This document shows, in pieces, positions 15,803-24,023 of a stretch of 53,572 nt of DNA (within the stretch, counting starts at the first letter, position 1; each line of letters begins with the position of its first letter). Under the pieces are notes generated by a model. The model ran no database searches and was not told the DNA's origin. It was given only the letters and a program-made list of their open reading frames with translations. The position numbers were made by a program, and so were the translations under genes. The DNA lies in the IMG/VR virus record IMGVR_UViG_3300031705_000005, positions 1-53,572 of that record; one strand, given 5' to 3'. The stretch comes from a virus. Its lineage: Duplodnaviria; Caudoviricetes.

Positions 15803-17080
15803 ATGAGTAAAGCACAAAGAAGCGTATTTTGTAAAGTTGTTAGAAACGCGAACAACGAATTGATATTGGTAGATACCAATGGAGTTGAATTTTTAGTACC
15901 TCAATTGAATGAGGTTGGTAGTTCTCTTTATAAGAGAGCAGTTGCTTCGGCTAACAACCCAACTAAGTACTGTTTCAAAGTTAGAGTTAATGGTAACCTT
16001 ACTGAAGGTTCGGTTGAATTCGGTAGAGTGCCGGGTGAGAAGTTCAATGGAGCAGAGCCGGTTGGAAATTTCGATAAACCAAATGGTGGGTTGGAACAAT
16101 ACCAAATGAAATCAACTTCGAACTCAACACCCACAGAGGCTGTTGCGGCTCCATTAGAAGAAGAATTCTTTAACTTTATTCATAACGAAGCTAAGGATTT
16201 AAAACCTCAAATGTTATTTATGAATGAATTGAAATGGAAATATTTAATTCGTAACATTATCAGAGGTAAAAATATAATGATGACTGGGCCAGCTGGTTGT
16301 GGTAAAACAATGGCCGCTAAGGCAGCAGCGAATTCAATTGAAGGTTACCATATGGAAATCTTTAACTTAGGTTCAACGCAAGACCCCAGGGCAACGTTAA
16401 TCGGAAACACTCAGTTCGATACTAAAAAAGGAACTGTGTTTTCACCTTCACCATTTGTTCAGGCGATTCAAACACCAAATACGGTTATCGTATTGGATGA
16501 GATTACCAGAGCACACCCTGAGGCTCACAACATTCTGATGAGTGTGCTTGACCAGGGACAACGTTACCTTCGATTGGATGAGGCCGCTGATTCACCTGTT
16601 GTGAAAGTTGCTGATGGAGTTTCCTTCATCGCATCGGCTAACATCGGAAATGAATACACCGCCACTCGACAATTAGATAGAGCAATTATTGATAGGTTTC
16701 AAATTATTGAAATGGATACCTTAACTAAGGATGAGGAAACTAATCTACTTCAAATGATGTACCCATCAGTTGATTTAACCCAACTTGAAAATGTGGCTAA
16801 CATCACTTCAATGACTCGGTTAGAAGTTAAGAAAGACGCACCACAGTTAACTAATTCACTTTCAACTCGTACCGCAGTTGAGATTGGTTCTCTACTTTAT
16901 GATGGATTCACATTGGAGGACGCTGCTGAAATCACAATCTACCCACTATTCGATGATGCTGGGGGAGCACAATCTGAAAGAACTTATATCAGACAATTCG
17001 TTCAAAAGTTCGTTGGAACTGTTGATGAGGAAAATCTTTTCAATGTTGATTCTGATGACTCTTTAAATAACCCATTTTAA
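15803..17080 (+). CDS. MoxR-family AAA+ ATPase (CobS/CbbQ-NirQ-NorQ-like)
   Basis: Walker A GPAGCGKT, Walker B IVLDEITR, sensor ASAN, LDRAIIDRF, STR. Confidence 0.92.
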   Translation: MSKAQRSVFCKVVRNANNELILVDTNGVEFLVPQLNEVGSSLYKRAVASANNPTKYCFKVRVNGNLTEGSVEFGRVPGEKFNGAEPVGNFDKPNGGLEQYQMKSTSNSTPTEAVAAPLEEEFFNFIHNEAKDLKPQMLFMNELKWKYLIRNIIRGKNIMMTGPAGCGKTMAAKAAANSIEGYHMEIFNLGSTQDPRATLIGNTQFDTKKGTVFSPSPFVQAIQTPNTVIVLDEITRAHPEAHNILMSVLDQGQRYLRLDEAADSPVVKVADGVSFIASANIGNEYTATRQLDRAIIDRFQIIEMDTLTKDEETNLLQMMYPSVDLTQLENVANITSMTRLEVKKDAPQLTNSLSTRTAVEIGSLLYDGFTLEDAAEITIYPLFDDAGGAQSERTYIRQFVQKFVGTVDEENLFNVDSDDSLNNPF

Positions 17081-17101
17081 TAATTAAACAATAATTAAAC
17101 T

Positions 17102-17311
17102 ATGCATGAATTAAATCAAACGTATGAAATACAATCAGCTGAGCCTGAGTTACACTACGAAAAAGAATTACTAAATGCCTTGGATATGATATGGAAAAAT
17201 CGTATGTTTGTAGAACCTTCTGATATAGGATTCTTAGAACGGTTCTCTAATAAGGGAAGTGAAGTGAATTGGCTAGGTAGCCAGAAAATTAAAAATAATA
17301 ATCAAAAATAA
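17102..17311 (+). CDS. hypothetical protein
   Basis: 69-aa ORF. Confidence 0.6.
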   Translation: MHELNQTYEIQSAEPELHYEKELLNALDMIWKNRMFVEPSDIGFLERFSNKGSEVNWLGSQKIKNNNQK

Positions 17312-17316
17312 CAATT

Positions 17317-17724
17317 ATGAACAAAGATGAAAATCAGATTCCGGAAGATTATTGGAATCAACTATCGGATACCGATAAAGAATTAATGGCTAAGGCTATG
17401 GATGAGGCAGAAGATTACCTTATGGATGAGCAAGAATGGGTGGAAATGGATGAGGGTTACTACTCGCATCTTAGAGAACGATTTGGTAAAGGTGCCGATG
17501 AGATTGGCCCTAGGAATTTTAAAACTTACCTTTCAAAGGGTATCCCATTTTGGATGATGGTTATACCAGCCGGTAAACAGGCCCTAAGTGATAATCCGGA
17601 TGTAAATGTTCAACACTTCCATACTATATGTGAAGATATGGAGCTTGGTGAGTGTAACGGAGCATACGAACTTATTACAGAACAACAATTAGAATCGAAA
17701 TTTAACATTAAATATAACAATTAA
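17317..17724 (+). CDS. hypothetical protein
   Basis: 135-aa acidic ORF. Confidence 0.7.
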   Translation: MNKDENQIPEDYWNQLSDTDKELMAKAMDEAEDYLMDEQEWVEMDEGYYSHLRERFGKGADEIGPRNFKTYLSKGIPFWMMVIPAGKQALSDNPDVNVQHFHTICEDMELGECNGAYELITEQQLESKFNIKYNN

Positions 17725-17735
17725 AAAAAACAATT

Positions 17736-17936
17736 ATGAAATATTATATCGCAAAAGTAAAAGTAGTAATGGTAGATGATAAAGGTCGCCAAAAGAAAAT
17801 CGTAGAACAGTATTGTGTAAACGCAGTATCCGTAACAGATGCAGAAACAAAGGTGCATGAGGAATTTAAAACTGATGGATTGGAGTTTGAAGTAACGCAT
17901 GTTAATGAAACTAAGATTATTAAGGTTATAAAGTAA
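17736..17936 (+). CDS. DUF4494-like protein
   Basis: G..KK..E.Y.V.A.S.T.AE pattern resembling Bacteroidota DUF4494 (recognised from memory). Confidence 0.6.
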   Translation: MKYYIAKVKVVMVDDKGRQKKIVEQYCVNAVSVTDAETKVHEEFKTDGLEFEVTHVNETKIIKVIK

Positions 17937-18157
17937 TGATAACTCAGTACACATCCGGTGACACAGTCATCGTTTCAGCATTCGACACGTTAAAGGTTGG
18001 AATAATAATAGAGAAAACTTTAGTGAAAGCTGGTCAACGTTACCTCGTTGAAACCGAAGATGGTAGAACATACGATAATGTGTATGTTGATGTCACCGAT
18101 GGTGTTGATACATATATTAATAGTTCATTTACAAAACACTTTTTAAAAAAACAATAA
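17936..18157 (+). CDS. hypothetical (SH3-like beta) protein
   Basis: 73 aa, TAATG coupling, GDTV..G.I..Y.V pattern. Confidence 0.65.
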   Translation: MITQYTSGDTVIVSAFDTLKVGIIIEKTLVKAGQRYLVETEDGRTYDNVYVDVTDGVDTYINSSFTKHFLKKQ

Positions 18158-18456
18158 TGATAATAGATAAATCCAAATTTAAACGAATCAAAAACAAAGT
18201 TCTAAAGAAATACCCATTAGCATCAACTAAGATGAACGCCAGTGGTAAGTTTATTGTATCGGATGGTGAGGGTAATACTTTACTTGACCAATATATGATA
18301 CCACCACAACAATCAGTTGCAATGGCATGGTTTTGGCTAGGGGAGATTGTTCGTATCGATAAAAATATTGAGAGAACTAATCCAATTAGAACCGGGTATA
18401 CGTTTGATGAAAAGAAATTCAATAGAGTTTCCAATCGTAATAAACGTAAAAAATAG
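18157..18456 (+). CDS. hypothetical basic protein
   Basis: 99 aa, TAATG coupling. Confidence 0.7.
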   Translation: MIIDKSKFKRIKNKVLKKYPLASTKMNASGKFIVSDGEGNTLLDQYMIPPQQSVAMAWFWLGEIVRIDKNIERTNPIRTGYTFDEKKFNRVSNRNKRKK

Positions 18457-18476
18457 GTTTGTTTAACTATGGGTTT

Positions 18477-18484
18477 ATATTTAT
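18477..18484 (+). promoter_or_regulatory. Candidate late promoter ATATTTAT
   Basis: Intergenic, 22 nt before ATG 18507; motif recurs before late genes. Confidence 0.45.
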
Positions 18485-18506
18485 TAATAACTAATTAAGG
18501 ATAAAT

Positions 18507-18932
18507 ATGAAACCAGATGAACTGTTTCAACAACTTGGGCATGGTGATGCTGAAATGAAGGAGGCTCGTGATTGGGTTTCATATAAGAAATTTGGCGACA
18601 CTATTCCTGAGGTGTTATTATTAGATGAGTATGTGAATACTGTATTTAAGAAAACTTTCTCAGCTGAACAGAAACCACAGTTATGGTTTTCTGAGCGGTA
18701 TATGATTGAGTTATATTTACAGAATGATATTCCAGCATCAGATGATTATATTCGTAAGATGTTGGCTCGTATTGAAATATTAAAGAATGATATTCAAACT
18801 ACAGAGGCATTCTTACATCTACACCAATTTTTAAAGGTGCTTACTGAGCACATTTCTACTAAGAGAACAATCGTATCCAAAGATGTTTTAGAATATTTAA
18901 ACAAATTGTATAAGACAAAAGGGATAAAATAG
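18507..18932 (+). CDS. hypothetical protein
   Basis: 141-aa ORF. Confidence 0.7.
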   Translation: MKPDELFQQLGHGDAEMKEARDWVSYKKFGDTIPEVLLLDEYVNTVFKKTFSAEQKPQLWFSERYMIELYLQNDIPASDDYIRKMLARIEILKNDIQTTEAFLHLHQFLKVLTEHISTKRTIVSKDVLEYLNKLYKTKGIK

Positions 18933-18944
18933 ATATCTATATAT

Positions 18945-19154
18945 ATGAAAGTAAACGACATCAGCGAACCGTACAAGTCTAAAGTAATAGACATATTAAC
19001 ATCAGAAAACGATTCTGATGCAATAGCTAACGCATTAAAGTTGTATGTTCTTAGAGAACCGTACTTCAAAGAATTGTATTCCGAACCAACTTATATAGCT
19101 AATAGCATTTTTATAGAAAATAAGGGATATTATGATGGCAACAATCGAAGATGA
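18945..19154 (+). CDS. hypothetical protein
   Basis: 69-aa ORF. Confidence 0.65.
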   Translation: MKVNDISEPYKSKVIDILTSENDSDAIANALKLYVLREPYFKELYSEPTYIANSIFIENKGYYDGNNRR

Positions 19155-19536
19155 TTATTGGGATAATAGTGAATTTAAATTCTTTAATACATTAGAGGAT
19201 GAGGATAAGTTATTATATTTATATGATTTACTTATAGGGGCTGATTCTAATGGGTTTTTTGAATTAGATGGCTCTGAGGAGATGGATTTCCCAGACTTTG
19301 AGTTTGAGTTTGATGACAATGAATCGGAAATACGACAAGAAGTAACTGCAATATATGATGATGATGGGTATCTTGCCTTAACCGGGGCTCGGATTGAGGT
19401 TTTAGAAAAAGTAGCACATGATATGATGATGAATGGTGTAATTTTAACGGACCGGGAAGATAGGATTGCAGAATCGGGCCTGGCGTTAATCACATATAAT
19501 GTAGTGGGGACGGGACCACCAATTTCAGTTAACTGA
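19132..19536 (+). CDS. hypothetical highly acidic protein
   Basis: 134 aa, D/E-rich. Confidence 0.7.
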   Translation: MMATIEDDYWDNSEFKFFNTLEDEDKLLYLYDLLIGADSNGFFELDGSEEMDFPDFEFEFDDNESEIRQEVTAIYDDDGYLALTGARIEVLEKVAHDMMMNGVILTDREDRIAESGLALITYNVVGTGPPISVN

Positions 19537-19598
19537 CAATTTGACAGTTTTTCTGACAGAATTACCGATATAAATATTATAAATGAAAAGGTTAAAAA

Positions 19599-19817
19599 AT
19601 GTTTTGTAAAGAAGTTTTAAACATATCAGATACATTGTATATTGTCTTACGAAAAATAAGGATTAGTGATAATCCTATTACGGCGACATGGAAGGAACAT
19701 CTAAGAGCTGATAAGGTTTTTAGGAAAGAACCATACTTTTATTTCTGCGAAGAGATTATTGAAGTAGTTCCTATAGAAGATGATGAATCTATAGAAGAAA
19801 ATATTACATCAACTTAA
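19599..19817 (+). CDS. hypothetical protein
   Basis: 72-aa ORF followed by a terminator. Confidence 0.7.
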   Translation: MFCKEVLNISDTLYIVLRKIRISDNPITATWKEHLRADKVFRKEPYFYFCEEIIEVVPIEDDESIEENITST

Positions 19818-19821
19818 CCAT

Positions 19822-19853
19822 ATGGGGGGCTTTTAATTAAGCTCCCCATTTTT
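19822..19853 (+). terminator. Rho-independent terminator
   Basis: ATGGGGGGCTT/AAGCTCCCCAT 11-bp stem followed by a T-run. Confidence 0.85.
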
Positions 19854-19864
19854 ATGCGAAAGAT

Positions 19865-19920
19865 TTAACAATTTCTTAACATTGGAAGTTTGGTAATACC
19901 ACATTTTAATCTTACATTTA
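19865..19920 (+). promoter_or_regulatory. Promoter of uvsE with direct-repeat operator
   Basis: TTAACA 19865/19876, TTTGG 19889, 19 nt, TACATTTA 19913. Confidence 0.75.
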
Positions 19921-19963
19921 CATAGTAATAAAAATTAATAGTTAAACATTAAAAATAAACAAT

Positions 19964-20872
19964 ATGCAGAATTTAGGATACGCATGTATCAACGAAACAT
20001 TGGGTTCACAGAAACCCAAAATTACTACCAATCGTAGTATGATTAAGAGAACGTTCAAAGAGCGTGGTGTAGAATACGCATCAGAGCTGGCCATTCAGAA
20101 TTGTAGAGATTTGATTGAGATTATCAAATGGAATCATCAAAATGGTATTAACTTCTTTAGAATGACTTCAGGTTTATTTCCGTGGTATTCTGAATATAAG
20201 TTATCAGATATGCCACATGCCAATCGTATCAAAATCCTATTAGAAGGTGCTGGTGCTCTTGCTACTAAGTACGGTCAACGTATTACAACTCATCCTGGCC
20301 CATTCAACGTATTACCATCACCAACTGATAGTGTAGTACAAAATACTATCAATGAACTAACAGACCATGCTGAAGTGTTCGACCTTATGGGGTTATCACA
20401 AACTCCATACAATAAGATTAATATCCATTGTAATGGTGTTTATGGTAATAAGATTACTGCTATGGATAGATTCTGTAAGAACTTTGATAGACTCCCTCTA
20501 TCTGCACAAAACAGATTGACAGTAGAGAATGATGATAAGGCTAGTATGTATTCTGTAACAGATTTAATGTACATTCACGAACGTATCGGTATTCCAATTG
20601 TTTTTGATTATCATCATCATAAATTCTGTACAGGCGGTTTAACTGAAGAAGAAGCTCTTAAACTTGCAGCTAGTACTTGGGGTGATATTAAGCCTGTAGT
20701 TCATTATTCAGAATCTAAATCATTACACGAAGAGAATGATAAGATTAAACCACAAGCACATTCAGATTACATTTCAGAATATATAAATACTTATGGATTA
20801 GATGTAGATATTATGATAGAAGCTAAAAAGAAAGAATTAACCCTATCTCAGTACAAAAACGTGCACGCATAG
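19964..20872 (+). CDS. uvsE: UV DNA damage endonuclease (UvsE/UVDE)
   Basis: LGYACIN, FFRMTS.LFPW, HPGPF, VENDDK, VFDYHHH, HYSES, AHSDY, IMIEAKKKE. Confidence 0.95.
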   Translation: MQNLGYACINETLGSQKPKITTNRSMIKRTFKERGVEYASELAIQNCRDLIEIIKWNHQNGINFFRMTSGLFPWYSEYKLSDMPHANRIKILLEGAGALATKYGQRITTHPGPFNVLPSPTDSVVQNTINELTDHAEVFDLMGLSQTPYNKINIHCNGVYGNKITAMDRFCKNFDRLPLSAQNRLTVENDDKASMYSVTDLMYIHERIGIPIVFDYHHHKFCTGGLTEEEALKLAASTWGDIKPVVHYSESKSLHEENDKIKPQAHSDYISEYINTYGLDVDIMIEAKKKELTLSQYKNVHA

Positions 20873-20919
20873 TATCCGGTTTAGCTTGTTTTATTATTTA
20901 TTTTATTTAATTCTTTTAT
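20860..20919. repeat. Direct repeat, copy 1 (copy 2 at 21670-21722)
   Basis: CGTGC..ACGCATAGTATCSGGTTTAGCTTGTTTT...TTATTTAATTCTTTTAT. Confidence 0.85.
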
Positions 20920-20928
20920 ACGAAAGAT

Positions 20929-20984
20929 TTAACAATTTGTTAACATTAAATGTTTGGAAAAGTACAAAATATGTATTATCTTTA
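20929..20984 (+). promoter_or_regulatory. Early promoter with direct-repeat operator
   Basis: TTAACA 20929/20940, TTTGG 20953, 19 nt, TATCTTTA 20977. Confidence 0.8.
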
Positions 20985-21011
20985 CAATGTAATGATAAAG
21001 GGGGAAATACT

Positions 21012-21164
21012 ATGAGCGATAAAACAGAAGAGGGTAAAGGTAAATTAAAATTAATTGAACTAACGATTCAAGAGTGGTTCGATGGGATGAGAACCCCAGC
21101 ACCACATAGAAATAAAAAGAAATTCTATAGAAAAACTAAACATAAAAATAAAACAAATGAATAA
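21012..21164 (+). CDS. small basic-tailed protein (50 aa)
   Basis: Track ORF 20886..21164 runs through the promoter; ATG 21012 preferred; tail HRNKKKFYRKTKHK. Confidence 0.65.
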   Translation: MSDKTEEGKGKLKLIELTIQEWFDGMRTPAPHRNKKKFYRKTKHKNKTNE

Positions 21165-21618
21165 ATCAGTAATTTTTGACTTAGATGGAACGCTTGCTCT
21201 TATAGATAAGAGGAGAGCCCTATCAGAGAAACCAAATGGGAAAATAAATTGGAATACTTTTTTTGACCCTGAGAATATTAAGTTGGATGAGCCTAACCAC
21301 TCGGTGATTAAAATGGCTCAGGTACTCAACGAATCCGGTCATACTATAGTTATACTTAGTGGGAGGAGTAAAGCTACTAAGGAAGCAACTGTAGATTGGC
21401 TGAAGCAATATGATGTTCCTTATAATGTTCTAAAGATGAGACCTACAGGTCAGCATTGGGCTTATATGCCTGATGATGATTTAAAAAAGGGATGGCTCGA
21501 TGATTTATTCCCTGATAAGAATAATATCCTATGTGTATTTGACGATAGAGATAAGGTCGTGAATATGTGGAGAGATATGGGGTTAACTTGTATGCAAGTT
21601 GCTCCAGGTGATTTTTAA
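21157..21618 (+). CDS. HAD-family phosphatase (T4 PNK/PseT 3'-phosphatase-like)
   Basis: IFDLDGTL, LSGR, LKMR, K, FDDR..VV.MWR..G..C.QV motifs. Confidence 0.9.
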   Translation: MNKSVIFDLDGTLALIDKRRALSEKPNGKINWNTFFDPENIKLDEPNHSVIKMAQVLNESGHTIVILSGRSKATKEATVDWLKQYDVPYNVLKMRPTGQHWAYMPDDDLKKGWLDDLFPDKNNILCVFDDRDKVVNMWRDMGLTCMQVAPGDF

Positions 21619-21669
21619 CATTAAAAGAAAGAAAGGAAAGATGTGGAAATTAAGCTTTAACAAGTCATC

Positions 21670-21722
21670 CGTGCTAACGCATAGTATCGGGTTTAGCTTG
21701 TTTTTTTATTTAATTCTTTTAT
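21670..21722. repeat. Direct repeat, copy 2
   Basis: Matches 20860-20919 with small indels. Confidence 0.85.
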
Positions 21723-21836
21723 TTTTAATATTTATTAGTCAAGTTGTCGTTGTTATCAACTCTGCTTATTAATTATAATAGATTTATATATACATATCAT
21801 TTACAAAGTTAGTAAAACTAAAAAATAGAAAAAAAT

Positions 21837-22925
21837 ATGGGAATTGTTAATAACTTTTTTACAAAACGTACTGGATTCGGTGTTTTGATGGTAATATCCA
21901 CAATAACATTATCAGGTTCAGCAGCTTATTATTCAGTCATTGGATTAAGCTCATTATTTGCAGGAGCAAAAACAGAAGTAATCATAATGGCATCAGCGCT
22001 GGAATTCTCAAAGCTAATAGTAGCCTCCTATTTACATAACAATTGGAGTAAAATTGGAATACTGTTAAAGGGATATCTGACTACGGGTGTTGTTATCCTA
22101 ATGTTAATTACATCAGCTGGGATATATGGATTTCTTACATCGGCATATCAGATTACATCAGACCAATTAACTATTATGGATAAGCAAATCGCAGTAGTTG
22201 ATTTAAAGAAAGGTAGGTTTCAGGAATCATTAGATGATTATAAGTTGGAAAAGATTCAATTGAACGAATCAATTTCGGAATTATCAAAAGGACTCTCTAA
22301 CAACACTATTCAGTATAAAGATAAAGAGACAGGGGAAATCATTACGACTACCTCATCCTCAACAAGAAGAGTTCTACAAGCACAATTGAAGGAGAGTAAA
22401 TCTCAGAGATTAATTGTATCTACTAAAATGGAATCATTGAATGACTCTATTACAAAATTAGATATTCAAGTACTTGATATGGAATCGAATAATGATGTTG
22501 CAGCAGAAGTTGGTCCATTACGTTACCTATCTAAGATTACTGGGAAATCGATGGATGTGATTGTAAATTGGTTTACATTATTAATTGTATTTGTATTTGA
22601 CCCGCTAGCTGTAGCAATGGTGATTGCAATAAATAAATATTTCGGAAACACTACACCACCAAATCCAATACGAGATGAAGATGTAGATGAAGATGAAGAT
22701 GAAGATGAGTTCGATGAAGACCACGCCCTTGATATGGTACTGAATGGAATGGTTGATGATATGACTGATGATGAAATCGCAGAACTTATTGATAATACAC
22801 AAGATGAAGTCGAAGTGGTTACTGATGTGGTTACTCCTAATAAGCCGGATACAGTTTACGGTGGGTTATCAAGGAAATATAATGATTCATTGGGTACTCA
22901 AGGTGATGGTGGAAATAAATCATAA
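21837..22925 (+). CDS. membrane-anchored coiled-coil phage protein
   Basis: Three N-terminal TM helices, coiled coil, EVGPL.Y, TM with VFDPLA, acidic tail. Confidence 0.8.
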   Translation: MGIVNNFFTKRTGFGVLMVISTITLSGSAAYYSVIGLSSLFAGAKTEVIIMASALEFSKLIVASYLHNNWSKIGILLKGYLTTGVVILMLITSAGIYGFLTSAYQITSDQLTIMDKQIAVVDLKKGRFQESLDDYKLEKIQLNESISELSKGLSNNTIQYKDKETGEIITTTSSSTRRVLQAQLKESKSQRLIVSTKMESLNDSITKLDIQVLDMESNNDVAAEVGPLRYLSKITGKSMDVIVNWFTLLIVFVFDPLAVAMVIAINKYFGNTTPPNPIRDEDVDEDEDEDEFDEDHALDMVLNGMVDDMTDDEIAELIDNTQDEVEVVTDVVTPNKPDTVYGGLSRKYNDSLGTQGDGGNKS

Positions 22926-22929
22926 AAAG

Positions 22930-22961
22930 TTTGGTAATTCGGATTATTTTTCGTATATTTG
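22930..22961 (+). promoter_or_regulatory. Promoter of clpP-groES run
   Basis: TTTGG-N19-TATATTTG. Confidence 0.8.
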
Positions 22962-22990
22962 TATAACAAATTAAATAAAGACAAACTGTT

Positions 22991-23629
22991 ATGAGTGATT
23001 TATACAATGATAGTCGTAATACGACAGCCGGAAACGTAGATGTTAGCTATGATAAGGTAATGAAGGACGGAACGGAGAAATGGTTTCAAGAGTTCAGAGA
23101 ATTAGATTACGGAATTGATATTAAGGATAACCTTATATTAGTACAAGATGAGATATCAGCTGGATTAACATTTGATATTATATCTAAAGTGAGATTATTA
23201 AAAAAGATTAACCCATCATTAGAATCATTAACTATGTTACTTAACTCACCCGGTGGTGATGTTGTTGAAACACTTGGGTTAATAGATTACATCAGAACAC
23301 TAAAAGATGAGGGTATCAAAACAAACATAGTATGTAGAGGTTCAGCAATGTCTGCTGCAGCATTACTACTAACCGCTGGGACTGGTCTTAGAGCAGCATC
23401 CAAACATTCTAAAATAATGGTACATCAATTATCATCTTATGCAGTAGGAAAGTTATCTGATTTAAAATCAAATGCTAAATTCGCTGAATCATTAGAAGAT
23501 GATTGTAATAACATTATGGCTGAGTGTACAAATAAGGATAAGCAGTGGTGGATGGAAAAGCAACAGAATGATTACTTTCTCAACGCAGAGGAAGCATTAG
23601 AATTAGGAATAATAGATAAAATAATATAA
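22991..23629 (+). CDS. clpP: ClpP-like serine protease subunit
   Basis: LNSPGG, AMSAAA (Ser), IMVHQ (His), NDYFLNAEEALELGIIDKI (Asp). Confidence 0.9.
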   Translation: MSDLYNDSRNTTAGNVDVSYDKVMKDGTEKWFQEFRELDYGIDIKDNLILVQDEISAGLTFDIISKVRLLKKINPSLESLTMLLNSPGGDVVETLGLIDYIRTLKDEGIKTNIVCRGSAMSAAALLLTAGTGLRAASKHSKIMVHQLSSYAVGKLSDLKSNAKFAESLEDDCNNIMAECTNKDKQWWMEKQQNDYFLNAEEALELGIIDKII

Positions 23630-23632
23630 GTT

Positions 23633-23941
23633 ATGGAAGTAAATTACAGACCCTTAGGGGATAGAGTAGTCGTAGAGATTACAAAAAGAAATGATGATAA
23701 AACATCAGGTGGATTATACAAACCACAAGGAAACGATACAACTATGACAGGGACTGTTGTAGCAATTGGTATCGGATTATATACACATACTGGGATGCAG
23801 ATTCCAATGAGTGTAAAAGTTGGAGATGTAGTATTGTTAGATGGTACTGGATTCAAACATAAGAATGGTAAGAAAACATATAACATTTACAGAGAGAGCG
23901 AGTTGTTCTCTATATTAGATGAAGTTGTAACTAATTCATAA
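23633..23941 (+). CDS. groES: GroES-like co-chaperonin
   Basis: PLGDRVVV, TSGGLY mobile loop, GTVVAIG.G, VKVGD.V. Confidence 0.9.
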   Translation: MEVNYRPLGDRVVVEITKRNDDKTSGGLYKPQGNDTTMTGTVVAIGIGLYTHTGMQIPMSVKVGDVVLLDGTGFKHKNGKKTYNIYRESELFSILDEVVTNS

Positions 23942-24023
23942 TCAGTTAGTTACCACTATCATAGCAATCATAGTAAACACAACAACAATAAAAATTAATT
24001 ATTTAAAATAAAAAATAAAAATT

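Noticed and set aside
343-20984. Repeats as a CRISPR array or integron attC sites
   Set aside because: Spacing is irregular and gene-sized, the repeats match promoter architecture, and there is no cas or integrase gene in the window.
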